Source of the DNA: Sphingomonadaceae bacterium
Lineage (GTDB): Bacteria; Chloroflexota; UBA6077
Length of the DNA stretch: 40,289 bases
Assembly: GCA_050261575.1 (NCBI GenBank)
Contig: JBLNDL010000060.1
Location: forward strand, 1 to 40,289
Direction of reading: 5' to 3'
Position numbers and translations under genes: made by a program. Each line of letters opens with the position of its first letter. The stretch's first letter is position 1. The notes below the pieces were generated by a model that made no database searches, had not been told where the DNA came from, and saw nothing but the letters and a program-made list of their open reading frames with translations. Shown one piece after another: positions 9,820 through 20,236 of this stretch.

Positions 9820-11805
9820 CTACCCAGCAGGCTCCTCCACCCGCTGGCGGAACTGCGTCTCGTACAGGTTGGCGTAGAGACCGCCGAGGGCTAGCAGTTC
9901 CTGGTGGGTGCCCTTCTCCACCAGCCGCCCCTCGTCGATCACCAGGATCACGTCCGCCGCCAGGATCGTGCTGAGGCGATGGGCGATCACCAGGCTGGTG
10001 CGCCCAACCATCACACGCTCCAGCGCCGCCTGAATCAGCGCCTCCGACTGGGAGTCCAGGTGAGACGTGGCCTCGTCCAGAACCAGGATGCGGGGGTCCT
10101 TCAGGATCACCCGAGCGATTGCGATCCGCTGCTTCTCGCCTCCGGAGAGCCGGTATCCTCTCTCTCCCACCACCGTGTCGTATCCGTCGGGCAGGCCGGC
10201 TATGAAGTCGGCGATGTTGGCAGCCCGGCATGCCGCCTCTAGCTCCTCGTCGCTGGCGTTCGGCTCCGCGTAGAGCAGGTTGGCCCGAATGGTGTCGTGG
10301 AAGAGGTAGGTCTCCTGCGTCACCATCCCTATCGCAGCCGAGAGGGAGTCCAGGGTAACGTCGCGTATATCTACTCCGTCTATCAGGATGCGCCCCTCGG
10401 TGGGATCGTACAACCGCGGCAGCAGGTAGGTTATGGTGGTCTTGCCTGCGCCACTCGGCCCCACCAGCGCCGCCAGTTGGCCTGGCTGGATCTCGAAGCT
10501 CACATCCTGCAGTGCCCACCTGCGGCCGAACGACCGCGCGGGCTCCTCGTGGCCGTTGGGCGGCGTGAGGGGCGAGTCCTGCCCATCGCCCACGCCGCGC
10601 TGGTGCCGGCGGGGCAAAGGCGCCACCGTGCTCCCCGCCGACCACCTCCACCGCTCGACCTCCCTCAGGCCAAAGGCTCCCGGTGCCCCCTCCCCCTCGC
10701 CGTAGCTGAAGGAGACCCCCTCGAACCGGACGTGCCCCTTCACCCGATCCAGCCTCACGGCCCCGGGGCGCTCGGTGATCTCCTGGGGCAGGTCCAGCAC
10801 CTCGAACACTCGCTCAAAGCTGACCATGGAGGTGGCGAACTCGACCCTGGCATTGGTCAGGGCGGAGAGCGGGCCGTAGAGCTGGGTAAGGTAGGCTCCG
10901 AACGCCACGATGGTACCCACGGTGAACTCCCCCTGCAGCACCAGCATGCCCCCCCACCAGAACACCACGGCGGTGCCCACCGAGCTGGCGAGGCTCAGCC
11001 CGAGGAAGAACCAGCGCCCGATCACCGCCTGGCGCACCCCGATCTCCCGCACGCCGCCCGCCCGCTCCCGGAAGCGGCGGTTCTCGTCGGCCGTCCTCCC
11101 GAAGATCTTCACCAGCAGCGCCCCGCTCACGTTCAGGGTCTCGTTCATCAGGGCGTTCATCCGTGCGTTCAGATCCATCGACTCCCGGGTGACCTGCCGC
11201 AGAATACGTCCCACCCGTCTGGCTGGCACGATGAAGAGGGGTAGAACGGCCACCGAGAGCAGCGTGAGCCTCCACTCCAGGGAGAGCATCACGGCCATCG
11301 TGAGGATCAGGGACACGGCATTGGAGATGATGTTGACGCTGGTGGAGGTCACGGCTTGCTGCGCCCCGACCACGTCGTTGTTGAGCCGAGCCATCAACTC
11401 GCCGGTGCGGGTGTTCGTGAAGAAGCGCAGCGACATCCGCTGCATGTGCTCGAAGACGGCGCTCCGCAGGTCGAAGATGATCCCCTCCCCCACGCGGGCG
11501 CTCAGGTATCGCTGGTACACTCCGATCACACCGCTCAGCAGGGGGATGCCGATCATCCCGGCCGCGAGCAGGTTCAGCCGCTGGAAGTCGCGATCCGGCA
11601 ACGCGTGGTCGATCAGATCGCGGTACAGCAGGGGCGGGATCAGGGTGAGCAGATCGATCCCCAGGATGGTGAGCAACATCAGGGCGATCGGGCGCAAGTA
11701 GGGGCGCGCGTAGCCTGCCACCCGCCGCAACAGGGCTCGGCTCACGCTCGGCCTGTCCTGCTTCTCGTCGTATCGGATGTATGACCACCAGTTGCCGTTG
11801 TGCAT
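9820..11805 (-). CDS. ABC exporter, fused permease + ATP-binding domain
   Basis: GPSGAGKT Walker A, LSGGEKQR signature, ILVLDEATS Walker B, N-terminal TMD; ATG at 11805 with RBS. Confidence 0.93.
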   Translation of the reverse strand: MHNGNWWSYIRYDEKQDRPSVSRALLRRVAGYARPYLRPIALMLLTILGIDLLTLIPPLLYRDLIDHALPDRDFQRLNLLAAGMIGIPLLSGVIGVYQRYLSARVGEGIIFDLRSAVFEHMQRMSLRFFTNTRTGELMARLNNDVVGAQQAVTSTSVNIISNAVSLILTMAVMLSLEWRLTLLSVAVLPLFIVPARRVGRILRQVTRESMDLNARMNALMNETLNVSGALLVKIFGRTADENRRFRERAGGVREIGVRQAVIGRWFFLGLSLASSVGTAVVFWWGGMLVLQGEFTVGTIVAFGAYLTQLYGPLSALTNARVEFATSMVSFERVFEVLDLPQEITERPGAVRLDRVKGHVRFEGVSFSYGEGEGAPGAFGLREVERWRWSAGSTVAPLPRRHQRGVGDGQDSPLTPPNGHEEPARSFGRRWALQDVSFEIQPGQLAALVGPSGAGKTTITYLLPRLYDPTEGRILIDGVDIRDVTLDSLSAAIGMVTQETYLFHDTIRANLLYAEPNASDEELEAACRAANIADFIAGLPDGYDTVVGERGYRLSGGEKQRIAIARVILKDPRILVLDEATSHLDSQSEALIQAALERVMVGRTSLVIAHRLSTILAADVILVIDEGRLVEKGTHQELLALGGLYANLYETQFRQRVEEPAG

Positions 11806-12103
11806 GATTCCGTCCCGCCCTCCAGCGAGGAGGCCGCTCCGCAGCCAGGGCCCGCCCATTCGCGGTCTCGGTACGGCGGGGTAGGGGGCGACCATCACCA
11901 GAGCCAGGAAGTGCAAATACCAAGCCGGGGGGGGGCCACGGCAGGCCAGCGCGTGAATGCGGCCCCCGCCCAGGCGCAGGGCGGGCATTACCCCGAGGCT
12001 GTGCTCGCTCGCGCCACGCTGCCGGCCCTTCACGATACCCGGAACGCCACCCGCTCGGGCAGGCAGAGCGCTGGCGACCGGTTCGCTCCGGGGGAGGCAG
12101 TTC

Positions 12104-13894
12104 CTACGAAACCGCCGTCTTGAACTCCTGCATCAGCCCCTCCAGAACCTGGAAGCCCTGCTCCCAGAAGCCGCCCTCCAGTGGGTTCAGCCCAACAGAC
12201 TCCAGCAGGCGCTCCGGCCGATCCTTGCCGCCCGCCGCCAGCAGCTCCAGGTATCGCGGCACGAAGCCCTCGCCCTCCTCCAGGTACTTCCGGTAGAGCG
12301 CGAAGGTGAGCAGGTGGCCGAAGGAGTAGCTGTAGCAATAGAAGCGATAGTGGACGAAGTGCGGGATGGTGATCCACCCCCACCTGTCCAGATCGGCAAA
12401 CCTCACGGCGTCCCCGTACAAACGGGCGTTCTCCTCCATCCACAGCGCGCTGTACTCCTCCGCCGTGGCCACCCCGTTGGCCCTGCGGGCGTGCGCGCGC
12501 TGCTCCCATCGCGTGTACATGACCTGCCGGAAGATCGTCGCTATCGCGTCCTCGATCATCCCGCTCAGGATGCTGCGCCTCATGAGGGGATCGGACTCCC
12601 GCTCCCGCAGCAGGCTGGAGAGAAGGATCTCGCCGAACACGCTGGCTACCTCCGCCATCGGGGTGGTGGGCCCGTAGTTCAGCGGCGTCTGCCCCCTCGC
12701 CAGGTAGAAGTGGACCCCGTGCCCCAGCTCGTGGGCCAGGGTGAAGACGTCTTCCAGCCGGCCCGCGAAGTTCGTCAGCACGTAGGGATGATAGGCCGGA
12801 AGCATCCCCGAGCAGAAGGCCCCTCCACGCTTGCCGGGCCTGGGCGTGGCGTCGATCCAACGCTCGTCGAAGAAGAGTCGCGCGACCTCGCCCATCCGGG
12901 GATGGAAACGATGGAACGCGTCCAGAACCAGCCCTCTCCCCTCGTCGAAATCGTAGTGCCGCTCCTCCTTCTGGAGCGGAGCCAGGACGTCGTGGAACCA
13001 GAAGTCCCCATCCAGCCCCAGCAGCCTGGCCTTGAGCCGATAGTACTCCTGTACCAGGCCGTAGTGGGACTCGACGGTGGAGAGCAGCAGCTCGATTACC
13101 TCGGGAGACAGCTCGTTGGACAACGCCGTCGGCTCGATCGGGTCCGAGTAGGATCGAAGCCCCAGCACCGTCTTGTGCTCCTGGAACAGGGTGTTGAAGA
13201 TGTAGGTGAGCACCCGGCTGTTGGCAGAGTAGACGGTGTAGAGAGCCTCGCCCGCCCGTCGGCGCAGATCCCTGTCCGGCCTCGTACGCAGAGCCCGCAC
13301 CTCCGCGTCTGTCAGCTCCTTCCTCTCACCATCCACCTCTATGGGGAACAGCAGGCTGCTGGTGATCTCCGTGTAAAGCTGGCTCCAGGCCGAGGCTCCG
13401 GTCAGCCTCATCTGAGCGAACAGCCGCTCCTCCGGCTCCGACAGGGTGTGGGGCGCGAACTGGCGAAGCTGCCACAGATGGTGCCGGTAGTTGGCCAACT
13501 CCGGAGCCTCCAGGAAACGGGCGTACTGGTCGTCTCCGGCCGCCTTCAGCTCCACGTCGAAGAAGACCAGCCGATTGGACACCTCCGTGGCCGCCTCCCG
13601 GCTCCTGACCACGAGAGCCTGGCGCTGGGGATCCTGCGTCTGTGCCGCGAAGGCGAGCGATGCGTAGCTCATCGGCTTGTACAGCAGGGTGTGGATCTCC
13701 TCCAGTTCCCGCAGGGCATCCAGCAGCTCCGCAGGGGTCAACCCGGCCACCCTCCCTCGATATCGGTCGGAGAAGTGTTGGGCCTTCTCGCCCACCATCG
13801 CCAGGTCGGCCTCCAACTGCGGGTCGTCGAGACCCCGATAGAGATCCCTCAAGTCCCAGACGATCTCGGTTTGCGGCTTTGACGTATCGGTCAA
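12104..13894 (-). CDS. pepF: M3B family oligoendopeptidase F paralog
   Basis: WDLRDLY, GKRGGAFC, HELGH zinc motif, AEVASVFGE, IPHF...FYCYSY; TTG start at 13894 with GGAGG RBS. Confidence 0.9.
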   Translation of the reverse strand: MTDTSKPQTEIVWDLRDLYRGLDDPQLEADLAMVGEKAQHFSDRYRGRVAGLTPAELLDALRELEEIHTLLYKPMSYASLAFAAQTQDPQRQALVVRSREAATEVSNRLVFFDVELKAAGDDQYARFLEAPELANYRHHLWQLRQFAPHTLSEPEERLFAQMRLTGASAWSQLYTEITSSLLFPIEVDGERKELTDAEVRALRTRPDRDLRRRAGEALYTVYSANSRVLTYIFNTLFQEHKTVLGLRSYSDPIEPTALSNELSPEVIELLLSTVESHYGLVQEYYRLKARLLGLDGDFWFHDVLAPLQKEERHYDFDEGRGLVLDAFHRFHPRMGEVARLFFDERWIDATPRPGKRGGAFCSGMLPAYHPYVLTNFAGRLEDVFTLAHELGHGVHFYLARGQTPLNYGPTTPMAEVASVFGEILLSSLLRERESDPLMRRSILSGMIEDAIATIFRQVMYTRWEQRAHARRANGVATAEEYSALWMEENARLYGDAVRFADLDRWGWITIPHFVHYRFYCYSYSFGHLLTFALYRKYLEEGEGFVPRYLELLAAGGKDRPERLLESVGLNPLEGGFWEQGFQVLEGLMQEFKTAVS

Positions 13895-14113
13895 GCTTTC
13901 CTCCCCGCCTCCAACAACTAGGATCGATTCCTGCACAGTCCGCTACAGCACGACGCGCTGCCCCTTCCATCGCGGCAGGAGTGATGAGGCACTACGCCTA
14001 TAGTATACGGGATGGTAACAGGTTGCTCGCAGGCCGCCGCCGCTGGCCCCTCGAGCCGTCCTTCTGGTAGGATGGCACAACACGCCGAGAACGAACTGGT
14101 GAGGTTGGGCATC

Positions 14114-15910
14114 ATGGAGAAGCCTCCCAAGAGGCAAGAGCTGCCTCTACCGTACACCTGGAATCTGGAAATCGTGTACCCCGACGAGTCCCTCTGGGAT
14201 GCCGATTTCCAGGCAGTCAAGGAGCGGATCCCCCAACTGGAACAGTATCGTGGTACCCTTGCCGACTCCGCCTCTCGACTGTCGAACTGCCTGCGGCTTC
14301 GCGACGAAACCTACAAGCTGATGGAGCAGCTCCTGGTCTACGCCCAGATGCGCAAGGACGAGGACAACTCCAACAGCCACTACCAGGCCCTGTCCGACCG
14401 CGCCACGATGCTGGCCACCCAGCTATCGAGCGCCACAGCCTTCATCCAGCCGGAGATCCTCGCCATCCCGGAGGAGAAGCTGCAGGGGTTCGTGGCCTCG
14501 GAGCCCGAGCTGGCGCTCTACCGCCACCACCTGGAGGAGCTGCTCCGGCGACGCCCCCACACCCGCTCGATCGAGGTGGAGAAGCTACTGGCCGAGACCA
14601 TGGAGGTGAGCCGCACCCCCGACAACACCTTCGGCATGCTGACCAACGCCGACATGCGGTTCCCCACGATCCAGGACGAGCAGGGGCGCCCCATCGAGCT
14701 GAGCCAGGCCAGATACAGCCAACTGAGGGAGAGCCCGGACCGCCGCGTCCGGAAGGACGCCTTCGAGGCGATTCACCGAACGTTCAACAGCTTCCGTAAC
14801 ACCCTGGCCGCGTCCCTGGCGGGGAGCGTCCGCTCCGACATCTTCTACGCGCGCTCCCGCAACTACCCCACGGCCCTGGAGGCAGCCCTCGACCCCAACA
14901 ACATCCCCACCCAGGTCTACCACAACCTGATCCGCACCGTGAACGGCAGCCTCCCCTTGCTGCACCGCTACATGGCGCTGAGGAAGAGGCTGTTGGGGCT
15001 GGAGAAACTGCACCACTACGACCTCTACGTACCCATGGTGCCGGACGTCAGGATGGAGGTGAGCTACGAGGAGGCGACCCGAATGGTGAGGGCCGGCCTC
15101 ACCCCGCTGGGGAAGGAGTACCTGGCCGCACTCGAGAAGGCCCTCACCTCCCGCTGGATCGACGTCTACGAGAACGAGGGCAAGACCAGCGGGGCCTACA
15201 GCGGCGGCGCCTACACCACCCCTCCCTTCATCCTGCTCAACTACCAGGGTACCCTAACGGACGTCTTCACCCTGGCCCACGAGCTGGGGCACTCGATGCA
15301 CTCCCACTTCACCCGCTCCACTCAGCCGTTCGTCTACGGCGACTACACCATCTTCCTGGCCGAGGTGGCCTCCACGCTCAACGAGACGCTGCTGACCGAG
15401 CATCTGCTGAAAGAGAGCTCCGATCCGAAGCTCCGCGCCTACCTCGTCAACCAGCAACTGGAGCGCTTCCGCACCACCCTCTTCCGGCAAACCATGTTTG
15501 CCGAGTTCGAGCTGCAGATCCACACCCTCGCCGAGGCCGGCGAGGCGCTCACCCCGGACCAGCTCACCTCCCTCTATCGCGAGCTGAACCTCCGGTACTA
15601 TGGCCCAGAGGTCTATCCGGACGAGGAGATAAGCATAGAGTGGGGGCGGATCCCCCACTTCTACTGGGCATTCTACGTGTACCAGTACGCCACCGGCATC
15701 TCCGCCGCGGTTGCCCTGGCACACCAGATCCTCACGGAGGGGGAGCCCGCCGTCCTACGCTACCTTCGCTTCCTCAGGAGCGGCTCCTCCGACTACTCCA
15801 TCGACCTGCTCAAGGAAGCAGGTGTGGACATGACCTCGCCGGAGCCGGTGCAGCGAGCCCTGGACAGCTTCGGGAGACTGCTCGACCAGATGGAACAGTT
15901 GACGGCGTAG
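14114..15910 (+). CDS. pepF: Oligoendopeptidase F (M3B)
   Basis: TWNLE, GKTSGAYS, HELGHSMHS, AEVAST, IPHFY..FYVYQYATG. Confidence 0.93.
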   Translation: MEKPPKRQELPLPYTWNLEIVYPDESLWDADFQAVKERIPQLEQYRGTLADSASRLSNCLRLRDETYKLMEQLLVYAQMRKDEDNSNSHYQALSDRATMLATQLSSATAFIQPEILAIPEEKLQGFVASEPELALYRHHLEELLRRRPHTRSIEVEKLLAETMEVSRTPDNTFGMLTNADMRFPTIQDEQGRPIELSQARYSQLRESPDRRVRKDAFEAIHRTFNSFRNTLAASLAGSVRSDIFYARSRNYPTALEAALDPNNIPTQVYHNLIRTVNGSLPLLHRYMALRKRLLGLEKLHHYDLYVPMVPDVRMEVSYEEATRMVRAGLTPLGKEYLAALEKALTSRWIDVYENEGKTSGAYSGGAYTTPPFILLNYQGTLTDVFTLAHELGHSMHSHFTRSTQPFVYGDYTIFLAEVASTLNETLLTEHLLKESSDPKLRAYLVNQQLERFRTTLFRQTMFAEFELQIHTLAEAGEALTPDQLTSLYRELNLRYYGPEVYPDEEISIEWGRIPHFYWAFYVYQYATGISAAVALAHQILTEGEPAVLRYLRFLRSGSSDYSIDLLKEAGVDMTSPEPVQRALDSFGRLLDQMEQLTA

Positions 15911-15947
15911 GGGTCGGGCATCCGCCCGATGGGTGGGGGACTCCATC

Positions 15948-15988
15948 CGCAGAATGGGGGCTGGCGGAGATCGCCAGCCCCTTCTGCG
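15948..15988. terminator. Long GC-rich hairpin between convergent pepF and hppA
   Basis: GCAGAA.GGGGCTGGCG / CGCCAGCCCCTTCTGC inverted repeat; no U-tract. Confidence 0.45.
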
Positions 15989-15992
15989 ACTA

Positions 15993-18101
15993 TCAGATGA
16001 ACAGCGGTGCCAGCACCAGCGTGACGGTACTGAGAAGCTTGACCAGCACGTGCAGTGAGGGTCCCGCGGTATCCTTGAAGGGATCGCCCACCGTGTCGCC
16101 CACCACGGCGGCCGCGTGGATCGGCCCCTTCTTGGCTACCGTCTCGGAGCCCACCTTGAGGTAGCCAGCCTCGATGAACTTCTTGGCGTTGTCCCACGCG
16201 CCGCCGCCGTTGTTCAGTACAGTCGCCAGTATGATGCCCGCGATGGTCCCCACCATCAGCAGCCCCGCTGTGGCCTCCGCTCGCAGCAGCAACCCCACGA
16301 CGACCGGCATCCCTACGGCGAGGATACCGGGGGCTACCATCTCACGCAGCGCCGCCCGCGTCGTGATGTCCACGCACTTCGCGTAATCGGGCTTTGAGGT
16401 CCCAGCCATGATCCCGGGATCGTTTCGGAACTGCCGGCGAACCTCCTCGATGATGGAGCTTGCCGCCCGCTGCACTGCCCGGATCGCCAGGGAGCTGAAC
16501 AGGTAGACCAGCATGGCGCCCAGCATGGCGCCTACGAAGACATCCACTTTGGCGATGTTGACCACCGAGAAGTCGGCCTGGATGCCCCGGCCGCGCATCA
16601 CCTCGGCGACCTTGTCCAGGTAGGCGCTGAACAGCAGGAAGGCCGCGAGGGCGGCGGAGCCGATGGCGTATCCCTTGGTGAGAGCCTTGGTGGTGTTGCC
16701 CACGGCGTCCAGGGAATCGGTGATCCGCCTTGCCTCCGCGGGGGCGTGGGACATCTCGTTGATCCCGCCCGCGTTGTCGGTAATCGGGCCGAACGTGTCC
16801 ATGGACAGGATGTAGGCGCAGGTCATCAGCATCCCCATCGTGGAGACGGCGGTGGCGTAGATCCCACCGTGGGGAAGCCCGCTCTGAACGCCGAACCAGT
16901 AGGACAGCAACAGGGCGATGCCGATGGCAATTGCCGTGGAAGCGGTGGTCTCGAAGCCGACCGCCATTCCCGCGACGATGTTGGTGGCCGGACCGGTCTT
17001 GGAGGCCTCGGCTATCTCCCTCACCGGCCGCCACGCCCCTGAGGTGTAGTACTGGGTGATGTAGACGAAAGCGATGCTCGTTGCGATCCCCACCAGGCCT
17101 GCCCAGGCGAACCACATGTCGCCAAGCATCTGGTTGACGACGAACACCATGAACACGGCCGAAAGCGCGGCGGCCACGTAGTAGCCTCGATTGAGCGCAG
17201 CCATCGGGTTGCTCTCGTCACCACCGCCCACGAACAGCAGGCCGATCATCGATGCGATCGAGCCGAAGGCGCGGACCACCAGGGGGAAGAAGATCCAGGC
17301 CTCCGGGTAGGGCAGGCCCTGCTGCCTGGCGAAGGCGTAGACCGCAACCCCGAGGATCATGGCACCAATGCTCTCCGCCGCCGTGGACTCGAAGAGGTCC
17401 GCTCCACGGCCGGCGCAGTCGCCCACGTTGTCGCCCACCAGGTCGGCGATCACCGCGGCGTTGCGAGGGTCATCCTCGGGAATGCCAGACTCCACCTTTC
17501 CCACGAGGTCGGCCCCCATGTCGGCCGCCTTGGTGTAGATCCCACCACCCAGTTGGGCGAACAGCGCCACGAAGCTGGCACCGAATCCGAAGCCCACGAT
17601 CAGGAAGGGGGCCCTATCCGGCGTAGCCAGCCCACCGTATGCGTAGAAGATGCCCGCCACCCCCAGGAGGCTCAACGCGATGACCAGGAATCCGGAGACG
17701 GCACCGCCCCGCATGGAGACGGTGATGGCCTCGGAAAGGCTTCGCTGGGCGGCGGCCGCCGTCCGCACGTTCGACTTCACCGCCACGTACATCCCGATGA
17801 AACCTGACAGGGCCGAGCAACCGGCGCCCACTAGGAAGGCCACGGCAGTCCGGATCCCTAGCTCTGTGTCTTTCTCCACCCAGCCGATCAGGGCGCCGAT
17901 CAGCACCGAGGTGACCAGCGACAGCAGCAGGATGGTGCGGTACTGCCTCCTCAGGAAGGCCATCGCCCCCTCGAAGATGGCATTGCCCACCGCCCGCATG
18001 GCCTCGTTCCCCGTGTCGCGCCGCAGCACGTCCCACGCCAGATACAGAGCAAACAGGATCGTGACCACACCAGCAGTCGGGACCACCCATACCAAGTTCA
18101 T
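15993..18101 (-). CDS. hppA: Membrane-bound proton-translocating pyrophosphatase, K+-independent type
   Basis: GGGIYTKAADMGADLVGKVE, DNVGDCAG, GNTTKA (Lys determinant of K+ independence), GDTVGDPFKDTAGPS. Confidence 0.95.
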   Translation of the reverse strand: MNLVWVVPTAGVVTILFALYLAWDVLRRDTGNEAMRAVGNAIFEGAMAFLRRQYRTILLLSLVTSVLIGALIGWVEKDTELGIRTAVAFLVGAGCSALSGFIGMYVAVKSNVRTAAAAQRSLSEAITVSMRGGAVSGFLVIALSLLGVAGIFYAYGGLATPDRAPFLIVGFGFGASFVALFAQLGGGIYTKAADMGADLVGKVESGIPEDDPRNAAVIADLVGDNVGDCAGRGADLFESTAAESIGAMILGVAVYAFARQQGLPYPEAWIFFPLVVRAFGSIASMIGLLFVGGGDESNPMAALNRGYYVAAALSAVFMVFVVNQMLGDMWFAWAGLVGIATSIAFVYITQYYTSGAWRPVREIAEASKTGPATNIVAGMAVGFETTASTAIAIGIALLLSYWFGVQSGLPHGGIYATAVSTMGMLMTCAYILSMDTFGPITDNAGGINEMSHAPAEARRITDSLDAVGNTTKALTKGYAIGSAALAAFLLFSAYLDKVAEVMRGRGIQADFSVVNIAKVDVFVGAMLGAMLVYLFSSLAIRAVQRAASSIIEEVRRQFRNDPGIMAGTSKPDYAKCVDITTRAALREMVAPGILAVGMPVVVGLLLRAEATAGLLMVGTIAGIILATVLNNGGGAWDNAKKFIEAGYLKVGSETVAKKGPIHAAAVVGDTVGDPFKDTAGPSLHVLVKLLSTVTLVLAPLFI

Positions 18102-18264
18102 GGACTTCCCTTACCCCCTTTGTCTTCAGTCAAGAGCAAGACACGCGCCAATAGACACACGCTGCGCGACGGCCCTAGAAACCCGTCTGACAGCCACCGA
18201 ATCGTCACGACAGGCGAGAGCGTCTCGCAGCCATCTCCCGCCGGCCGGCCCCGACGAGGATAGC

Positions 18265-18830
18265 GCAAGAACAGTGGCACGACCGCCAACGACACGATCT
18301 GCTTCAGCCCGATCGAGATGCTCAGCGACGGGCCCGCCGTGTCCTTGGCGGGATCGGCGGCATACCTCGTTCGCCAGGTAGAGGGCGGCACTGCCGAAGG
18401 CACTAACGGCGAAGGACCAGAAGAGGAAGGGCATCGTGGTGCCGAAGATCGAACCGGGGATGACACCAGCCTCCAGACGGTGGATGTCCGGGATGCTCCC
18501 CGCATGGACATGGGCGGACAGTTGGCCGAACGCGATGACGACTGCCGAGCCGAGGTCGGAGTAGCCGCACAACGGCAGTCCCAACGCGCTCACCGCCAAG
18601 GATGACGTAGCGATCTCCACTACTTCCCCCAGTTGGGACGCACCTCTTGGTGCGCGCCGGTCTTCTCAACTCCACTTCCGGAAGGCCACCCGCGACCTGC
18701 CGAACCGGCACAGAGAATCCAGCGGCCGAGGGTACCGCCACCGGCCTAAACCCTGATGCGACACCACTCGGTCTCCCGATCGTGCGGGCCGGCCCTGGGC
18801 GCCCCCCCAGCCACGTATGGACAGTACCTG
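18265..18830 (-). pseudogene. Eroded, internally deleted hppA paralog remnant
   Basis: Collinear fragments across frames: GPARTI..SGVASGF, PVRQVAGGLPEV, GSIFGTTMPFLFWSFAVSAFGSAALYLANEVCRR, DPAKDTAGPSLSISIGLKQIVSLAVVPLF. Confidence 0.7.
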
Positions 18831-18855
18831 TCTCCGCAGTCGTTGGAGCGGCCGC

Positions 18856-18886
18856 TACATTAGGCCAATCAGCCGGCCTTTGTCAA
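18856..18886 (-). promoter_or_regulatory. Putative sigma70 promoter facing hppA
   Basis: Minus strand TTGACA-N18-TAATGT. Confidence 0.5.
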
Positions 18887-19059
18887 GCTCGACCGCGCCA
18901 CAGAAGCTGGCGGTAGGTAAGGGTACGTGCCACAGGGAGGATTCCGTGGAACGCCAGTTGCCTTTCGTCTCCCCTCTGTTCCGGAGGGACTCGAGCCCGG
19001 CCCGCCGGCCGCCAGGCGGTCGAGCGCGGCGTGCTCGACAACGAGAAAGGAGCGACGCC

Positions 19060-19323
19060 ATGAGGTTCAACACCTCGGAGTGGATCAGCGGTGGCCTGGC
19101 AATCGTGGGCGCCCTCAACTGGGGGATCGTCGGGCTGTTCGGCTTCAACCTGGTGCACACCCTTTTCGGCTGGTCCAAGCCCGTCGAGCGGCTCATCTAC
19201 ACCACGGTGGGGCTGGCAGGCGCCTTCTTCGCCTTCAGAGCCCTGCAGTCGCAGGGAATGCCTGTAGTGCCCCCCCAGGTGCGGGAGCAGGTCCAGGAAC
19301 GCCGCCCTGTTGGGATCGTCTAG
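19060..19323 (+). CDS. DUF378 family small membrane protein
   Basis: LAIVGALNWGIVGLFGFNLV..LFG...IYTTVGLAG; AAGGAG RBS. Confidence 0.9.
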   Translation: MRFNTSEWISGGLAIVGALNWGIVGLFGFNLVHTLFGWSKPVERLIYTTVGLAGAFFAFRALQSQGMPVVPPQVREQVQERRPVGIV

Positions 19324-19488
19324 CCATACTGCCGCCGACCGCCCATCTCGGGGGAAGCGGCCCAGCCTCGCTGGCGAGCCTCTTCCCCCGCGGTCGATCG
19401 TGACAATCCACGACACCGCCGCCATACCGCGGGCGCCGAAAGCCGCGAGCCAGCTCTTCCGGCTGGACCGCTCAGTCCGGACTGATCC

Positions 19489-19902
19489 TCATGCCACCAC
19501 TGCCTGCTCCAACTCCTCCGCGATCTGCCCCACGTCGATGAGCCAGGCCAGTGCGAGCTGCCCGGGCTGGCGCAGGGTCGAGATCAACTCGTCCGCCCGC
19601 CGCTCGAAGACGTCCTTCCCGTCGCTGACGAGGAAGGTGTTCGCGAATGAGGCACCCTTCCAACGCCGCAGGTAGCGGATCACCTTGCGCAACGCCTGGA
19701 GGCTGATGCCCGCAGCGCGCAGCTCCCTGGCAACCCGCAATGCGATCAGATCCTGGAAGGAGTAGAGGCGCTGGGTTCCCTTGCCGGACGCCCGCGCCAC
19801 GCCGGGCACGACGAACCGGGACCTCGCCCAATAGTCGAGGGTGCGATAGGGCACCCCAGTCAGCTTAGCCGCGCGCCCGGCGCTGAAGACCTCGCCCATC
19901 AT
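19489..19902 (-). CDS. MerR-family HTH regulator (Rv1830/McdR-like)
   Basis: TGVPYRTLDYWARS...GKGTQRLYSFQDL...GISLQ...LVSDG. Confidence 0.85.
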   Translation of the reverse strand: MMGEVFSAGRAAKLTGVPYRTLDYWARSRFVVPGVARASGKGTQRLYSFQDLIALRVARELRAAGISLQALRKVIRYLRRWKGASFANTFLVSDGKDVFERRADELISTLRQPGQLALAWLIDVGQIAEELEQAVVA

Positions 19903-19944
19903 ACCGATTCCGCTGCTCCTCGTCGCGGGAGGGGATACGACAGC

Positions 19945-20190
19945 CTACCAGCCGAACAGCCGCCACCACCACGGCCACCGGCCCGGTCGCGTTCGCACTA
20001 GGGCATCTCGCACCGCAACGTCGCACCGCTGCCGGTCCGCCGACAACACCCTCAGAGCAGCCTTGCCGCCACTCACCGCTGGCCTGGACATGGACGGCTC
20101 GGAACCGGTGTAGGAGCTGACGATCCGGTAGGCGTTTCCGGACACGATGGCCGAGCGATTGGAGACGTTCCCACGAGGAAGTGCACCCAT
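19945..20190 (-). CDS. Hypothetical 81-aa protein
   Basis: ATG with GAGGTG RBS just downstream of a consensus promoter; Trp-rich C-terminus. Confidence 0.5.
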   Translation of the reverse strand: MGALPRGNVSNRSAIVSGNAYRIVSSYTGSEPSMSRPAVSGGKAALRVLSADRQRCDVAVRDALVRTRPGRWPWWWRLFGW

Positions 20191-20236
20191 CCCGTTCACC
20201 TCGCCGACAGAAATGGAATGCAATGCAGTGGATTGT

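Noticed and set aside
11957..13882. 641-aa plus-strand ORF, and similar long ORFs at 4363-5790, 6892-8265, 1563-3026 and 35889-36878
   Set aside because: Antisense or alternate-frame shadows of well-supported genes in high-GC DNA; no recognisable motifs
18630..18850. Possible ncRNA (tmRNA, 6S or T-box) suggested by TGGTGCGCGCC and several hairpins
   Set aside because: No T-loop, tag reading frame or T-box consensus; better explained as hppA remnant
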